Below the pieces are notes generated by a model. It was not told the DNA's origin and made no database searches. It was given only the letters and a program-made list of their open reading frames with translations. The translations under genes were made by a program, and so were the position numbers. This document shows, in pieces, positions 10,553 through 20,597 of a stretch of 64,000 nt of DNA. The stretch is from a bacterium (GTDB lineage Bacteria; Zhuqueibacterota; Zhuqueibacteria; Residuimicrobiales; Krinioviventaceae), in NCBI GenBank assembly GCA_963675755.2, contig CAXXMD010000002.1:192001-256000 (forward strand), written 5' to 3'. The stretch's first letter is position 1. Each line of letters starts with the position of its first letter.

Positions 10553-12049
10553 ATGATTTTATTATGTTTTATTTGGGTTCCCATGGTCTTACCTGCTGCA
10601 GATGTTTATTTCAATGTGATGGATTATGGCGCAATTTCTGATGGCAAAACATTGTGCACAACCGAGATTCAGAAAACCATAGATGCCTGTAATGAGGCCG
10701 GGGGAGGTTATGTAGTTTTTCCCAGTGGTGAATTTTTAACCGGTACAATTGAGCTGAAAAATAATGTATTTTTACAAATCCATCCTGCTGCAACATTGTT
10801 GGGTAGTAAGAACATTGCTGATTATGATCCCGGTTATTTGATATATGCAAAGGGGATTACTCACGCAGGAATTCTGGGGGAAGGTACAATCAATGGACAG
10901 GGAGATTCATTCTGGAAAGGTAAAGAACGTCCTTTTAACAGACCCGGAAGAACTATAAAGTTTCTTGATTGCAGGGATATTGTTTTCAAAGATTTTCATT
11001 TGATCAACTCTGCAAGCTGGTGTATTGATGTTGAAGGTTGTGATCGGGTAACTTTAACAGGGCTTACAATTATTAATGACCGTGATGCTCCCAATACAGA
11101 TGGTATTGATCCTGTTTCTTCGTCAAATGTGTTTATTTCAGATTGCTATATTGATACAGGTGATGACTGTATCTGCCCCAAATCAAATGATATTAACAAA
11201 CCCTGTGAAAATCTGGTTGTAACAAATTGTGTGCTCATTAGTGATGATTCCGCAATAAAATGCGGAACCCGATCTAATGGAGCAATACGGAATTGTACTT
11301 TTAGTAATATTGTAATTCGAAATACCAAATACGGTATTGGATTTTACATGAAAGATGGTGGCAGCTATGAGGATATTCAGTTTTCAAATATATCGATTGA
11401 AACAATTATCCCTGCTGATTTGCAAAGCCCCAATTGTACAAACAGTTTTGCGATTTTTATGGATATTGAGGGCAGAGATGAACAAACGCCATTAGGTACA
11501 ATTCGGAATATCATGTTTAATGATATTAACATACTATCCTATGATGGGAATTGCTTGTTTGCAGGTATGCCCGAACAAAATATTAACGATTTGACCTTGA
11601 ATAATGTACGAATGAACGTGTTGAGACGTACTGATTTGGCAGAAAGGAGTAAACCCAGAGGTACCCGCACCTTGAAAAATATTGCTGTTAATGATCGTGC
11701 AGGCATTCAGTCATATTTTACTTTTGTAAATATTGATGGATTATCTATAAACAATCTGTTTATTGATGACGAATCTATTACAAATACTGTTAAAAGTTAT
11801 TGCCTATGGGGACAAAATATCAAGAATGTTACGCTTGAAGGATTTCAAAATTGTCAGTCTGTTAGTAATGAAAATCTACCATTGGTTCTATTTGAAAATA
11901 TTTCGAATCTTTTTGTTAGTCGCTGCCAACCGGTTTCAGCAACAACACCATTTATTTCGCTCCAGGGTGCTCAATCTTCCGATATAACTTTGTTGAATAA
12001 TAATTTTTCAAGCGTTGGTAAACCGGTTTCAGTGGGGGCCGAACGTTGA
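10553..12049 (+). CDS. Glycoside hydrolase family 28-like protein
   Basis: FNVMDYGA..DG, GGYVVFPSG, NTDGID and GDDCI motifs. Both ends may be affected by single-base indels (see findings). Confidence 0.85.
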   Translation: MILLCFIWVPMVLPAADVYFNVMDYGAISDGKTLCTTEIQKTIDACNEAGGGYVVFPSGEFLTGTIELKNNVFLQIHPAATLLGSKNIADYDPGYLIYAKGITHAGILGEGTINGQGDSFWKGKERPFNRPGRTIKFLDCRDIVFKDFHLINSASWCIDVEGCDRVTLTGLTIINDRDAPNTDGIDPVSSSNVFISDCYIDTGDDCICPKSNDINKPCENLVVTNCVLISDDSAIKCGTRSNGAIRNCTFSNIVIRNTKYGIGFYMKDGGSYEDIQFSNISIETIIPADLQSPNCTNSFAIFMDIEGRDEQTPLGTIRNIMFNDINILSYDGNCLFAGMPEQNINDLTLNNVRMNVLRRTDLAERSKPRGTRTLKNIAVNDRAGIQSYFTFVNIDGLSINNLFIDDESITNTVKSYCLWGQNIKNVTLEGFQNCQSVSNENLPLVLFENISNLFVSRCQPVSATTPFISLQGAQSSDITLLNNNFSSVGKPVSVGAER

Positions 12050-12099
12050 TTCAAAACAGGTTTATATGGATAATAATCGATTGCAATAAATAGGAAAAT

Positions 12100-14655
12100 A
12101 TGAGTATGAAGAATTTATTTAACATTATCTTTCTATTATTAATATTTAACGCTCTTGGATATTCAACAATGTTGAATAAAACATATTACTGTTTTGATGC
12201 AGGAGGAGATAATTCTAAAATAATTAATGGAGCAATTCAACTTGACATTATGAATACTTTTTCGGATGATAATGGGTATGGATGGACTGTATCCCCGGAC
12301 AAGTCATTTGAAAGAGAAAAATTATCTAATAGTCGTGACGCATTTGATATTGATGGCGTAATTGCCAAAAATATTGGATTCAAAGCCAACTTGCCAAATG
12401 GACGCTGGTGGGTTACTCTTTTTATGGAATCCGGATTGGAAGATTCCGCTACAACAAAAATTAAGCTAAATGGCGATTTTCAAAATCCTCAATGGCAAAC
12501 TTTTAGACCCAATGCTGAAGGCAGAAAAAACTGGTCTGATGCATATCGTGTATTTCACAGACCTGTTATTATTAGTCACAATGAATTAATGCTTGAGGTT
12601 TTGGGTGTACAGGATTCGGTCAGGATAATGGGAATAAAGTTGTATCCTGATCCCCAACCCGCTTCTGAAACAGATAAACAATTATTAGATCAAATAAGGT
12701 CTGCCGGAAAATTTGCAAGTGCAATTCCATTGGACAGCCTCAATGCGGGACTGCCGGAATTGATCGATAAATTAAAACTGGTAATTGATAAAGATCAGGA
12801 CAATGCATTTTCCCGGTATTGGTATGATCAATTATCCATATTGTATAAAGCTGAAAATTATATAAAGATGATGGGGTGGGAATGGGAAACGGAAAGAACC
12901 GGCTTGAATATTTTTGACAGATATACAGCCGCGGTAATGCTGCTGGATGGTTTACTTGACCAGCCGGACCCGGAAAATAATCCGATTTATGAACGTGCGC
13001 TTTGGCAGCGAAGTCGGGTTTTGTTTTGGCTGGATATGGAACGCCATGGTAAATATGAACGGCAAACTGCAATTAGAGATTTGTCTCTTTTGTTTTCAAT
13101 GTATTCTGATAATAAATTACTAGCCATGTACAACGGGCAAAAGATTGTAACAACAATAGATGATATAGAAATCAGCAACAATGCGCCACAGTGGTCAGCT
13201 CTGCAGTATAAAGTCCTTTCTTATTTGAGGACAATCACTTATTGGTGGGTATTGGAGCGTCAGGCAGAGAACGGCGAATTTGGTGGTAAATTGGGGGACG
13301 ATGTTGAATTGCTTCGGGCATTTCCTCCTCTGGTTTTGTCTGGTGATACTTGTACATTTAAAGGCTGGAAAAAGCTGGCAGACCGGGTTTGGCAGAGTGA
13401 TCAGATTTACAAGGGCTATGCACGAATTGCCAGCGATGTGGAACATGCATCTGAACTGGTTTCTGATGTAGCGCCTGAAATGGTGATGTATACCGATGAC
13501 CAGGAATATGCCAAGAGACTTGAATGGTCTGCAGATTATTTCAGGGATTTATGGACTGGGAAAACCAAATCCGGATCACGATATTTCAAATCATCCTGGT
13601 TTAGTTCAACAAAAGTTAGAACTGACCCACCCCGGGACCGTGATGTTGAAATGAACTCAAGAGCTGTCAAAGCAGTTCGTTATTTGGCCTGGAAATCAAG
13701 AGACGCACAAGTAATTGAAACACTATATGAGTGGTCATTAGCCTGGGTAAAAGCAGCATTGCGAACGGATAAGGGAAAGCCTCTAGGCATTGTGCCTGCA
13801 TCAATTCGTTTCACGGATGAATCTATAAACGGAGATGGCCCGAATTGGTACAATGCCGATATGTATTGGTCTTATTACAACTGGAGTCATAATGCGGGTT
13901 CTATGATTCTTGATCAATTGTTATTTACATATACCCTGACACATGATGAAAAATTGTTACAGCCTTTAATAGAAACATTAACATTGATTCAAAAGTACAG
14001 AGAGATTGATTTCGGTTCCATTGATACCGAGCCAGGTTCAGAGCTATGGGCTGTGAAAATATTAATTTCTAAATCCGGGTTCTGGAATGTTGTTGAGCAA
14101 TGGAGATTGTATACCGGGGACCAACGTTTCGATGATCTTGTGCTAGAGTATGGTACACCTTTTATACGATTCCGCTTGACGGGAGAGGAACAGTATCTTG
14201 TTCAGGGCCTGAAAAGTAATCTAGAGAAAATCAAATATAATTTTCCACTTTTGACCAGTGAAGTTTTACATACAGACAGGGTATATCTCAGAGGCGGTTC
14301 TGCCAATCTGGGCACTTTTCATTTAAATGCAATGCTTACAGGTAGTGGATTACAAACATCTCCATATAATGCAATAAGCTGGGAAAATACAAACTCCATG
14401 TTTACTGCATTGGTTAAAGAAACCGGAAAAAATACTCTGAGCGTTGATGTTTTTAATCATTCTAAAAATAAAACAAATGTTACCATTCGTATATGGCAAT
14501 TGGATCCTGGAGAATATAATATGTTTACCGTTTTAGACGGTATTAAATATAATGATCATATTATAAAAATCAATAAACCCGGAGAGCGGATAATACTTGA
14601 AATTCCCGGTGAACAGTTGATTAATTATGTTTTTCAATCCATAAATAAAAATTAG
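12100..14655 (+). CDS. Secreted hypothetical protein (beta-sandwich N-domain plus Trp-rich helical domain); probable carbohydrate-active enzyme
   Basis: Signal peptide; FDAG...GYGW N-domain typical of galactose-binding-like modules; GEFGGKLGDDVE and DVEH acidic motifs; context within the glycan locus. Confidence 0.5.
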   Translation: MSMKNLFNIIFLLLIFNALGYSTMLNKTYYCFDAGGDNSKIINGAIQLDIMNTFSDDNGYGWTVSPDKSFEREKLSNSRDAFDIDGVIAKNIGFKANLPNGRWWVTLFMESGLEDSATTKIKLNGDFQNPQWQTFRPNAEGRKNWSDAYRVFHRPVIISHNELMLEVLGVQDSVRIMGIKLYPDPQPASETDKQLLDQIRSAGKFASAIPLDSLNAGLPELIDKLKLVIDKDQDNAFSRYWYDQLSILYKAENYIKMMGWEWETERTGLNIFDRYTAAVMLLDGLLDQPDPENNPIYERALWQRSRVLFWLDMERHGKYERQTAIRDLSLLFSMYSDNKLLAMYNGQKIVTTIDDIEISNNAPQWSALQYKVLSYLRTITYWWVLERQAENGEFGGKLGDDVELLRAFPPLVLSGDTCTFKGWKKLADRVWQSDQIYKGYARIASDVEHASELVSDVAPEMVMYTDDQEYAKRLEWSADYFRDLWTGKTKSGSRYFKSSWFSSTKVRTDPPRDRDVEMNSRAVKAVRYLAWKSRDAQVIETLYEWSLAWVKAALRTDKGKPLGIVPASIRFTDESINGDGPNWYNADMYWSYYNWSHNAGSMILDQLLFTYTLTHDEKLLQPLIETLTLIQKYREIDFGSIDTEPGSELWAVKILISKSGFWNVVEQWRLYTGDQRFDDLVLEYGTPFIRFRLTGEEQYLVQGLKSNLEKIKYNFPLLTSEVLHTDRVYLRGGSANLGTFHLNAMLTGSGLQTSPYNAISWENTNSMFTALVKETGKNTLSVDVFNHSKNKTNVTIRIWQLDPGEYNMFTVLDGIKYNDHIIKINKPGERIILEIPGEQLINYVFQSINKN

Positions 14656-14673
14656 CAAAGAAAGGTGTATATT

Positions 14674-15813
14674 ATGCGAAATGTTGTGATTTTATTTATT
14701 CTTGTTTTTACTGTAATATCTGTAGCTCAAACTGATGCTGTAATTGAATGGAAAAAAAGGCCTGATCTTGTTACTGAACGGATAGTATGGCAAATAACCA
14801 GCCATGATTCAGCAAGCGAAGCTGTATATTTTGAACAACAGCCATTTACGACCGATGATAAATATTTGGTATTCAAATCAAAAAGAACTGGCGACTGGTT
14901 AATTTATCGTGCTGACTTGCAAACGGGAGAAATTGCCCTTGTTTCGAAAGAAATAAATCCTGGTACTATTTCAATTGGTCCGGATGGACAGCATGTATGG
15001 TATACAAGTGATAATAAATTGTTTAAAACAGATGTTGCCACTCTGGAAGAAAAAATAGCATTTGATTTTAAAGACAGTTTTAAAGATCAGCGAATCAGTT
15101 TTTCCGGATCATTAAGCGCTGATGGTGTATACACACTTGTACGTACATATACTGATACGTCACGTTCTATCTATCGCGTAAATCTGGAATCCGGCGATGT
15201 AGAGCATGCATTGACAGTGAACAATTCAGAGGGTACATTTTCTCATCCACTTATTAATCCCAAATATCCGCATTTGATCAGTTATGTGCCCGGTCCCGAC
15301 ACTCAGAATGATATGACTTTACCTATGGAGAAAAGGGCCAGAACATGGATCATCAATATGAAAACCGGAGAAAATAAGCAATTTTTAACAATGCCTTATG
15401 GATTCCGTGCAACACACGAAAAATGGTCAGCAGATGGTGAATTGTTTACTTTTTTCAGAAAAACTGTACCAGGCTGGACACCCGTAAGTATATGTTCAAT
15501 TAACAAAGATGGTTCAAATTTTCAGGTATATTATTCTCATAATAATATAAGGCTGGGGCATGGTTTATCTTCAGATGATGGGAAATGGTTTGTATCGGAC
15601 GGGCAAGATCCTCATTATAATCCCATAATTTTGATTAATATGGAGACGGGTCTCGCAACAACACTTTGTTGGCCCAATTCCAGTATATATGGTGGCCTCG
15701 GCACAACCGGTCATGTTCATCCATCCATAAGTAAAAGTGGACGTTTTGTTTGTTATAGTTCTGATCTCACCGGTACTCCACAGGTTTATGTAGTGCCAAC
15801 CGGGATTGAATGA
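14674..15813 (+). CDS. Oligogalacturonate lyase (PL22)-like beta-propeller, secreted
   Basis: YFEQQPFTTDDKYLVF, ATHEKW and HVHPSIS...YSSD.TG.PQVY resemble Ogl/PL22 motifs; signal peptide present. Confidence 0.7.
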   Translation: MRNVVILFILVFTVISVAQTDAVIEWKKRPDLVTERIVWQITSHDSASEAVYFEQQPFTTDDKYLVFKSKRTGDWLIYRADLQTGEIALVSKEINPGTISIGPDGQHVWYTSDNKLFKTDVATLEEKIAFDFKDSFKDQRISFSGSLSADGVYTLVRTYTDTSRSIYRVNLESGDVEHALTVNNSEGTFSHPLINPKYPHLISYVPGPDTQNDMTLPMEKRARTWIINMKTGENKQFLTMPYGFRATHEKWSADGELFTFFRKTVPGWTPVSICSINKDGSNFQVYYSHNNIRLGHGLSSDDGKWFVSDGQDPHYNPIILINMETGLATTLCWPNSSIYGGLGTTGHVHPSISKSGRFVCYSSDLTGTPQVYVVPTGIE

Positions 15814-15887
15814 ATTTTTAGTTTGAACACAAAGTCTTGAATGGAAATTAATAATTATGATTTTTTTGATTATTAAGGATTGAGTAA

Positions 15888-15954
15888 AGCAGTTAAAATA
15901 TGCCCAATGTAATGAAAATAATATTACCAGATTGATGGGTATGTTTTAACTGCT
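15888..15954. terminator. Long hairpin between convergent genes
   Basis: 19-bp stem AGCAGTTAAAATATGCCCA / TGGGTATGTTTTAACTGCT (two G-U pairs) with an inner GTAAT/ATTAC stem. Confidence 0.6.
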
Positions 15955-15985
15955 ATTTTGGGATATAATATAAGCTGAATTCATA

Positions 15986-17260
15986 TCAATCATGAAGTTT
16001 TACCAGGTCGATATTTGGAGAGATAGGGAATGATGCTATCAGGTTGGTACTGAAACCAATTCGGCTTATTGTGTTTACTTCTAAAGCCAGTTCATAATAT
16101 TCCGGAATGACCCCATGTTTCTCTCTTAATTGAGCTTCAAGTTGTTTAAGAGATTCTTTTTCGGTCAATGCGTTAACAGCTTCGTAAACGCCTGCCAGGT
16201 CCGTACAAGTTATAATCATGATACTATTTTTCTTGTTAGGCCCGGGTAATTTGTTAACCATTACATAATCTTTTCGGGGGCCTGAACCTTGTATACCTTT
16301 GGGAGAAAATGTTTGAACCGAATCCGGTGAATAATTGACAATGAGCTGATGCGGAAAGACTTTATATTGAATATGAAGTTTTGATAATAAGGGATTTAGG
16401 ATTCCCAGTGTTTTTGTTATACCAATAAAAATGATATTATAGTTTTGCAGATCAGAACCGTTTAATTCAGAAGCAAGTTTCATTTCAAAATTGTCATTAT
16501 AGTAGTCAAGAATTGGATATAATGAACGAAACGACCATAAAATTTCTTTTTCAATTATTGCAGGTTTATAGGGTTTGTATGAAATTACAGATGTATCTGC
16601 ATCTATTATTTTGGCATAATTGTTCAAATCTTCTATTGAATTGATTTTACTGTATCTCATAATTTTCATTCCAACAGATTCATGGATATTGTTGGGATTT
16701 TTGGTGCTCTCTATAAAAAAGAATTGATTGCCTACTACAAACAATACAGGCTGATCATTTTTAATAGAATTTTTCCAAATTGGGCTGGAATGAATATATG
16801 ACAAGTCACTGGAATGTCTGGGGTTTGCGTAATTATAATAAATCCATTGAAAAATCAATAATATACTGGGAAGGATAATGAATAGATATTTAATTTTTTT
16901 TGTATCAAAAAAATGAGAGCTGAGATTTTTTTTCTCATTATTTTTTATGAATTTTAACTTGTATCCGCCTTTGGGTATTTCAATTTTTATATCGTCATCT
17001 TTGCCTTCTGACAGATAATAGGTATATAATTTTTTTCTGAGATTATGTGTATGAACTCTTACTATAGAGTCTTCAGCAGGGTTGAAATATGAATTCTTTG
17101 AGAAAACCTCATTTGCAATTGTTGTTTCATTTAGAGGTTCTTTGTTGAATGTGTTTTTATATAAATATAAAAGTAATTTTTTTTCAGTCTTGCATGATTC
17201 AAATTCTTTACTATTTAGAATTTTTTCAATTTGGCTTGAATATATCTGCATGTTGTTCAT
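15986..17260 (-). CDS. Membrane-anchored winged-helix transcriptional regulator with extracytoplasmic domain
   Basis: N-terminal ILNSKEF...ETTIANEVF...DSIVRVHTHNLRKKL...IEIPKGGY wHTH signature, a single TM (about aa 126-143), and a roughly 280-aa C-domain. Confidence 0.75.
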   Translation of the reverse strand: MNNMQIYSSQIEKILNSKEFESCKTEKKLLLYLYKNTFNKEPLNETTIANEVFSKNSYFNPAEDSIVRVHTHNLRKKLYTYYLSEGKDDDIKIEIPKGGYKLKFIKNNEKKNLSSHFFDTKKIKYLFIILPSILLIFQWIYYNYANPRHSSDLSYIHSSPIWKNSIKNDQPVLFVVGNQFFFIESTKNPNNIHESVGMKIMRYSKINSIEDLNNYAKIIDADTSVISYKPYKPAIIEKEILWSFRSLYPILDYYNDNFEMKLASELNGSDLQNYNIIFIGITKTLGILNPLLSKLHIQYKVFPHQLIVNYSPDSVQTFSPKGIQGSGPRKDYVMVNKLPGPNKKNSIMIITCTDLAGVYEAVNALTEKESLKQLEAQLREKHGVIPEYYELALEVNTISRIGFSTNLIASFPISPNIDLVKLHD

Positions 17261-17741
17261 AATCTATTAATTCCTGTACTAGTCATATTTTCAGATGTAA
17301 TGAACAATTACTTGTTTAAAATAGGAGTATAATTATTAAAATGCAATAGTATTGTTAAGGATGTTAAAAACATAAATTAACAGTTATTATCTGGAAATTT
17401 GGGCTAATTATTAATACCATACAATATGTAATTTTTTGTGTTTATCTGGTCCTTTAAAATGATACTAAATCATTGTAAGAATAATGAAAAGTTGAAAATA
17501 CATACTCTAAAAAGAGACAATTTTATTAAATTTTGAATGATTGCATATAAATAATTTAACAGTTCTTTTTACTTTGATCTTTCAATTAATTTCCTGCTGC
17601 AAATTATAATCTTGAAATTGTATTTTGCACCATGACTCACGATTAACTCACCGAATGTGAATGTACTATTGGTAGCGCTGTAATCCATTGCAATTAATTA
17701 GGATTATTTATTGATCAAAAAAATACAGGTTTAGGGAAGAC

Positions 17742-19511
17742 ATGACACTCGGAGTTTGGGATTATACAATACTAATTGGATATTTTACGATTGCTCTTGT
17801 TTTGGTAACAGTCTATTTTAGACGTGCAAGCAAGGGTATAGATGAATATTTTGCTGCGGGTCGTTCTTTACCTTGGTGGCTTTTGGGCACTTCTATGGTT
17901 GCCACTACCTTTAGTACTGACACCCCCAATCTTGTTGCAAATGTGGTTCGTGAAAATGGAGTGTCTGGTAATTGGGTGTGGTGGTCTTTTCTCTTTACTG
18001 GAATGATGACTGTGTTTTTTTATGCACGACTGTGGCGACGCTCTGGAGTACTTACCGATCTCGAGTTTTATGAATTACGTTATTCAGGTAAATCTGCAAC
18101 TTTTGTTAGGGGTTTTAGAGCTTTATACCTGGGATTCTTTTTTAATACAGTCATTATGGCTACGGTAACCTTGTCTGCTGTCAAAATTGCCAATATTCTA
18201 TTTGGCTGGTCCAGAATTGAGACGGTTATTATTTGCTCACTGGGCGCAGTTGCTTTTTCCGTAACATCCGGTTTGTGGGGGGTGGTTGTAACTGATTTAC
18301 TATTGTTCATAATGGCAATGGTTGGGTCCATTTCTGCTGCCTGGTTTTCATTACAACACCCAAGTGTTGGCGGATTGCATGGACTTGTTGAAAAGATCGA
18401 TCCTCAAACTCTTAACCTGTTACCGGATTTTTCGAATTTAGAATCGGCTCTTGCAATATTTATAATTCCATTGGCAGTGCAATGGTGGTCTGTTTGGTAT
18501 CCCGGTGCTGAACCCGGGGGCGGCAGTTATATTGCACAAAGGATGTTGGCTGCTAAAAATGAACGTCACTCTATGGGTGCAACACTCTGGTTTAATATTG
18601 CACATTATGGTCTAAGACCCTGGCCCTGGATTATTGTAGGATTATGCTCAATTCTGGTTTATCCCTCACTTGCTGATATTCAGCAGGTTTTTCCCCATGT
18701 CAGCCCCAATCTTGTAGGACATGATATTGCCTACCCGGCAATGCTGGTGTTTTTACCGGAAGGATTCAGAGGTGTAATGGTAGCTTCGTTGATTGCTGCA
18801 TACCTGTCTACTATGGATACAAGTTTGAATTGGGGTGCTTCTTATATAGTACATGATTTTTATAGACGATTTTTTAAACCCCAGGCCAGTCAACGTCATT
18901 ATATTATGGTCTCCCGAATGAGTACTTTGTTATTGATGGTTTTTGCTGCCATGATTGTATTTGTACTGGATACCGCCAAAAACAGCTTTGATCTATTATT
19001 GTCCATTGGAGCAGGTACCGGCCTGATTTATCTGCTGCGCTGGTTCTGGTGGCGCATCAATGCATGGAGTGAAATTGCTGCAATGATCAGTTCATTTGTT
19101 ATTGCATTTGCTCTGTTTTTTGCAAAACGTGCAGGATTAGAATTATCTACCCATTTTACTCTGATCATTAGCGTTGCAGCAACCACACTTGTCTGGATGC
19201 TTGTAACTTTTTTAACAAAGCCTGCTGATATTAAGGTTTTGGAAACTTTTTACAACCTGGTTCGTCCTGCGGGAAGAGGATGGAAACCAATACAAACTCG
19301 TCTTCAACTTGAACCATCTCATGATAGTGTAACTCATAGCATATTGGGTTGGATTCTGGGCTGCGTTTTTGTTTATTCTGCTCTGTTTTTAATGGGATAT
19401 GTACTTTATGGACAATATGTTTCTGCTATTATTTGCCTGTTACCATTTATAATCAGTTCAATTGGTTTAATTAAAATATTAGGCAAAATGTTTAGTACCA
19501 AATATAACTAA
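17742..19511 (+). CDS. Sodium:solute symporter (SSS) family transporter
   Basis: YFAAGRSLPWW, SMVATTF and YIAQRMLAAK motifs; many TM helices. Confidence 0.95.
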   Translation: MTLGVWDYTILIGYFTIALVLVTVYFRRASKGIDEYFAAGRSLPWWLLGTSMVATTFSTDTPNLVANVVRENGVSGNWVWWSFLFTGMMTVFFYARLWRRSGVLTDLEFYELRYSGKSATFVRGFRALYLGFFFNTVIMATVTLSAVKIANILFGWSRIETVIICSLGAVAFSVTSGLWGVVVTDLLLFIMAMVGSISAAWFSLQHPSVGGLHGLVEKIDPQTLNLLPDFSNLESALAIFIIPLAVQWWSVWYPGAEPGGGSYIAQRMLAAKNERHSMGATLWFNIAHYGLRPWPWIIVGLCSILVYPSLADIQQVFPHVSPNLVGHDIAYPAMLVFLPEGFRGVMVASLIAAYLSTMDTSLNWGASYIVHDFYRRFFKPQASQRHYIMVSRMSTLLLMVFAAMIVFVLDTAKNSFDLLLSIGAGTGLIYLLRWFWWRINAWSEIAAMISSFVIAFALFFAKRAGLELSTHFTLIISVAATTLVWMLVTFLTKPADIKVLETFYNLVRPAGRGWKPIQTRLQLEPSHDSVTHSILGWILGCVFVYSALFLMGYVLYGQYVSAIICLLPFIISSIGLIKILGKMFSTKYN

Positions 19512-19520
19512 ACAACGGGT

Positions 19521-20585
19521 GTGCTTTTGAATTCAAAAGATCGTATACTGAATGCCATTGAGCATAAAACAACGGATAGAATTCCTATAACTTTTGATGC
19601 TGAAATAGAAGTGTATGATGCTCTATACAAGCATCTTTTAATTTCTAATAAAGAGCAATTGTTCGACCGCCTGAATGTAGATACCTGGATGGTATTACCA
19701 AAGAATTTCATTTATCCGGACATTGAACTGGATAATGGATTCAAAACTTCGATTTGGGGATACAAAACCCAATATAAAAATTATTCAGGGGGGGCGTATG
19801 ACGAGTTGTATTACAGTCCTCTTGCCGGTAAAAATGATATTGATGATATAAAAAAACATACCTGGCCCAACGAAAATACCCAGCAATATGATCATTACCC
19901 TGCCGAGATAGCTGCTCACAAGGATCGTACAATTATAGGTGTGTTTACCTGGGGCGCTTATTTTTTAGCTACTCACGTACGAGGAATGCAAGACCTGATG
20001 ATGGACTTTGCTCTTCGAAGACAGTATATCCAATATCTTTTTGATACAATTGCGGATATCAGTTACAATTACCTGGAGAAAATGTTGAAAAATTATGGGG
20101 ATGGTGTTGACATTGTCTATATGGCGGATGATTACTGTTCCCAACAGGGTCCATTTTTTAGTCCTGATGATTTTAAAACGTTTATAGTGCCTTATCTCAA
20201 AAGATATGTCTCACTTGTCCATAAATATAACAAGAAATTTCTGCTGCATGTATGTGGTGCAGTAAGACCTCTTTTGCCTATGATTATTGATTGCGGAGTG
20301 GACATGCTTGAACCGATCCAGACGCGTGCTGCTGGTATGGAGCCGGAGGGATTGAAAAGAGATTTTGGCAACGACATTGCTTTTTATGGTGGTATGGACC
20401 TGCAGCAGACACTGCGCCTGGGCTCTGTTGATGATGTAAAGAATGAAACAAAATATTTGATTGATACGCTGGGTAAAGACGGCGGGTATGTTTTTGGTCC
20501 TGGGCATACCTATATTCAAATTGATGCACCCATTGAAAATATAATTGCAATGTATGATACAGCTATGCAATATTATCCATTTTAA
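19521..20585 (+). CDS. Uroporphyrinogen decarboxylase / MtaA-CmuA methyltransferase superfamily protein
   Basis: KDRILNAIEHKTTDRIP, RGMQ, ADDY, LHVCG, FYGGMD and GGYVFGPGH motifs; GTG start. Confidence 0.85.
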   Translation: MLLNSKDRILNAIEHKTTDRIPITFDAEIEVYDALYKHLLISNKEQLFDRLNVDTWMVLPKNFIYPDIELDNGFKTSIWGYKTQYKNYSGGAYDELYYSPLAGKNDIDDIKKHTWPNENTQQYDHYPAEIAAHKDRTIIGVFTWGAYFLATHVRGMQDLMMDFALRRQYIQYLFDTIADISYNYLEKMLKNYGDGVDIVYMADDYCSQQGPFFSPDDFKTFIVPYLKRYVSLVHKYNKKFLLHVCGAVRPLLPMIIDCGVDMLEPIQTRAAGMEPEGLKRDFGNDIAFYGGMDLQQTLRLGSVDDVKNETKYLIDTLGKDGGYVFGPGHTYIQIDAPIENIIAMYDTAMQYYPF

Positions 20586-20597
20586 TGTGAGGTTGAT

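Noticed and set aside
19521-20585. Calling this gene hemE
   Set aside because: No heme-pathway context, and the motifs (HxC, ADD) fit the methyltransferase-like branch.
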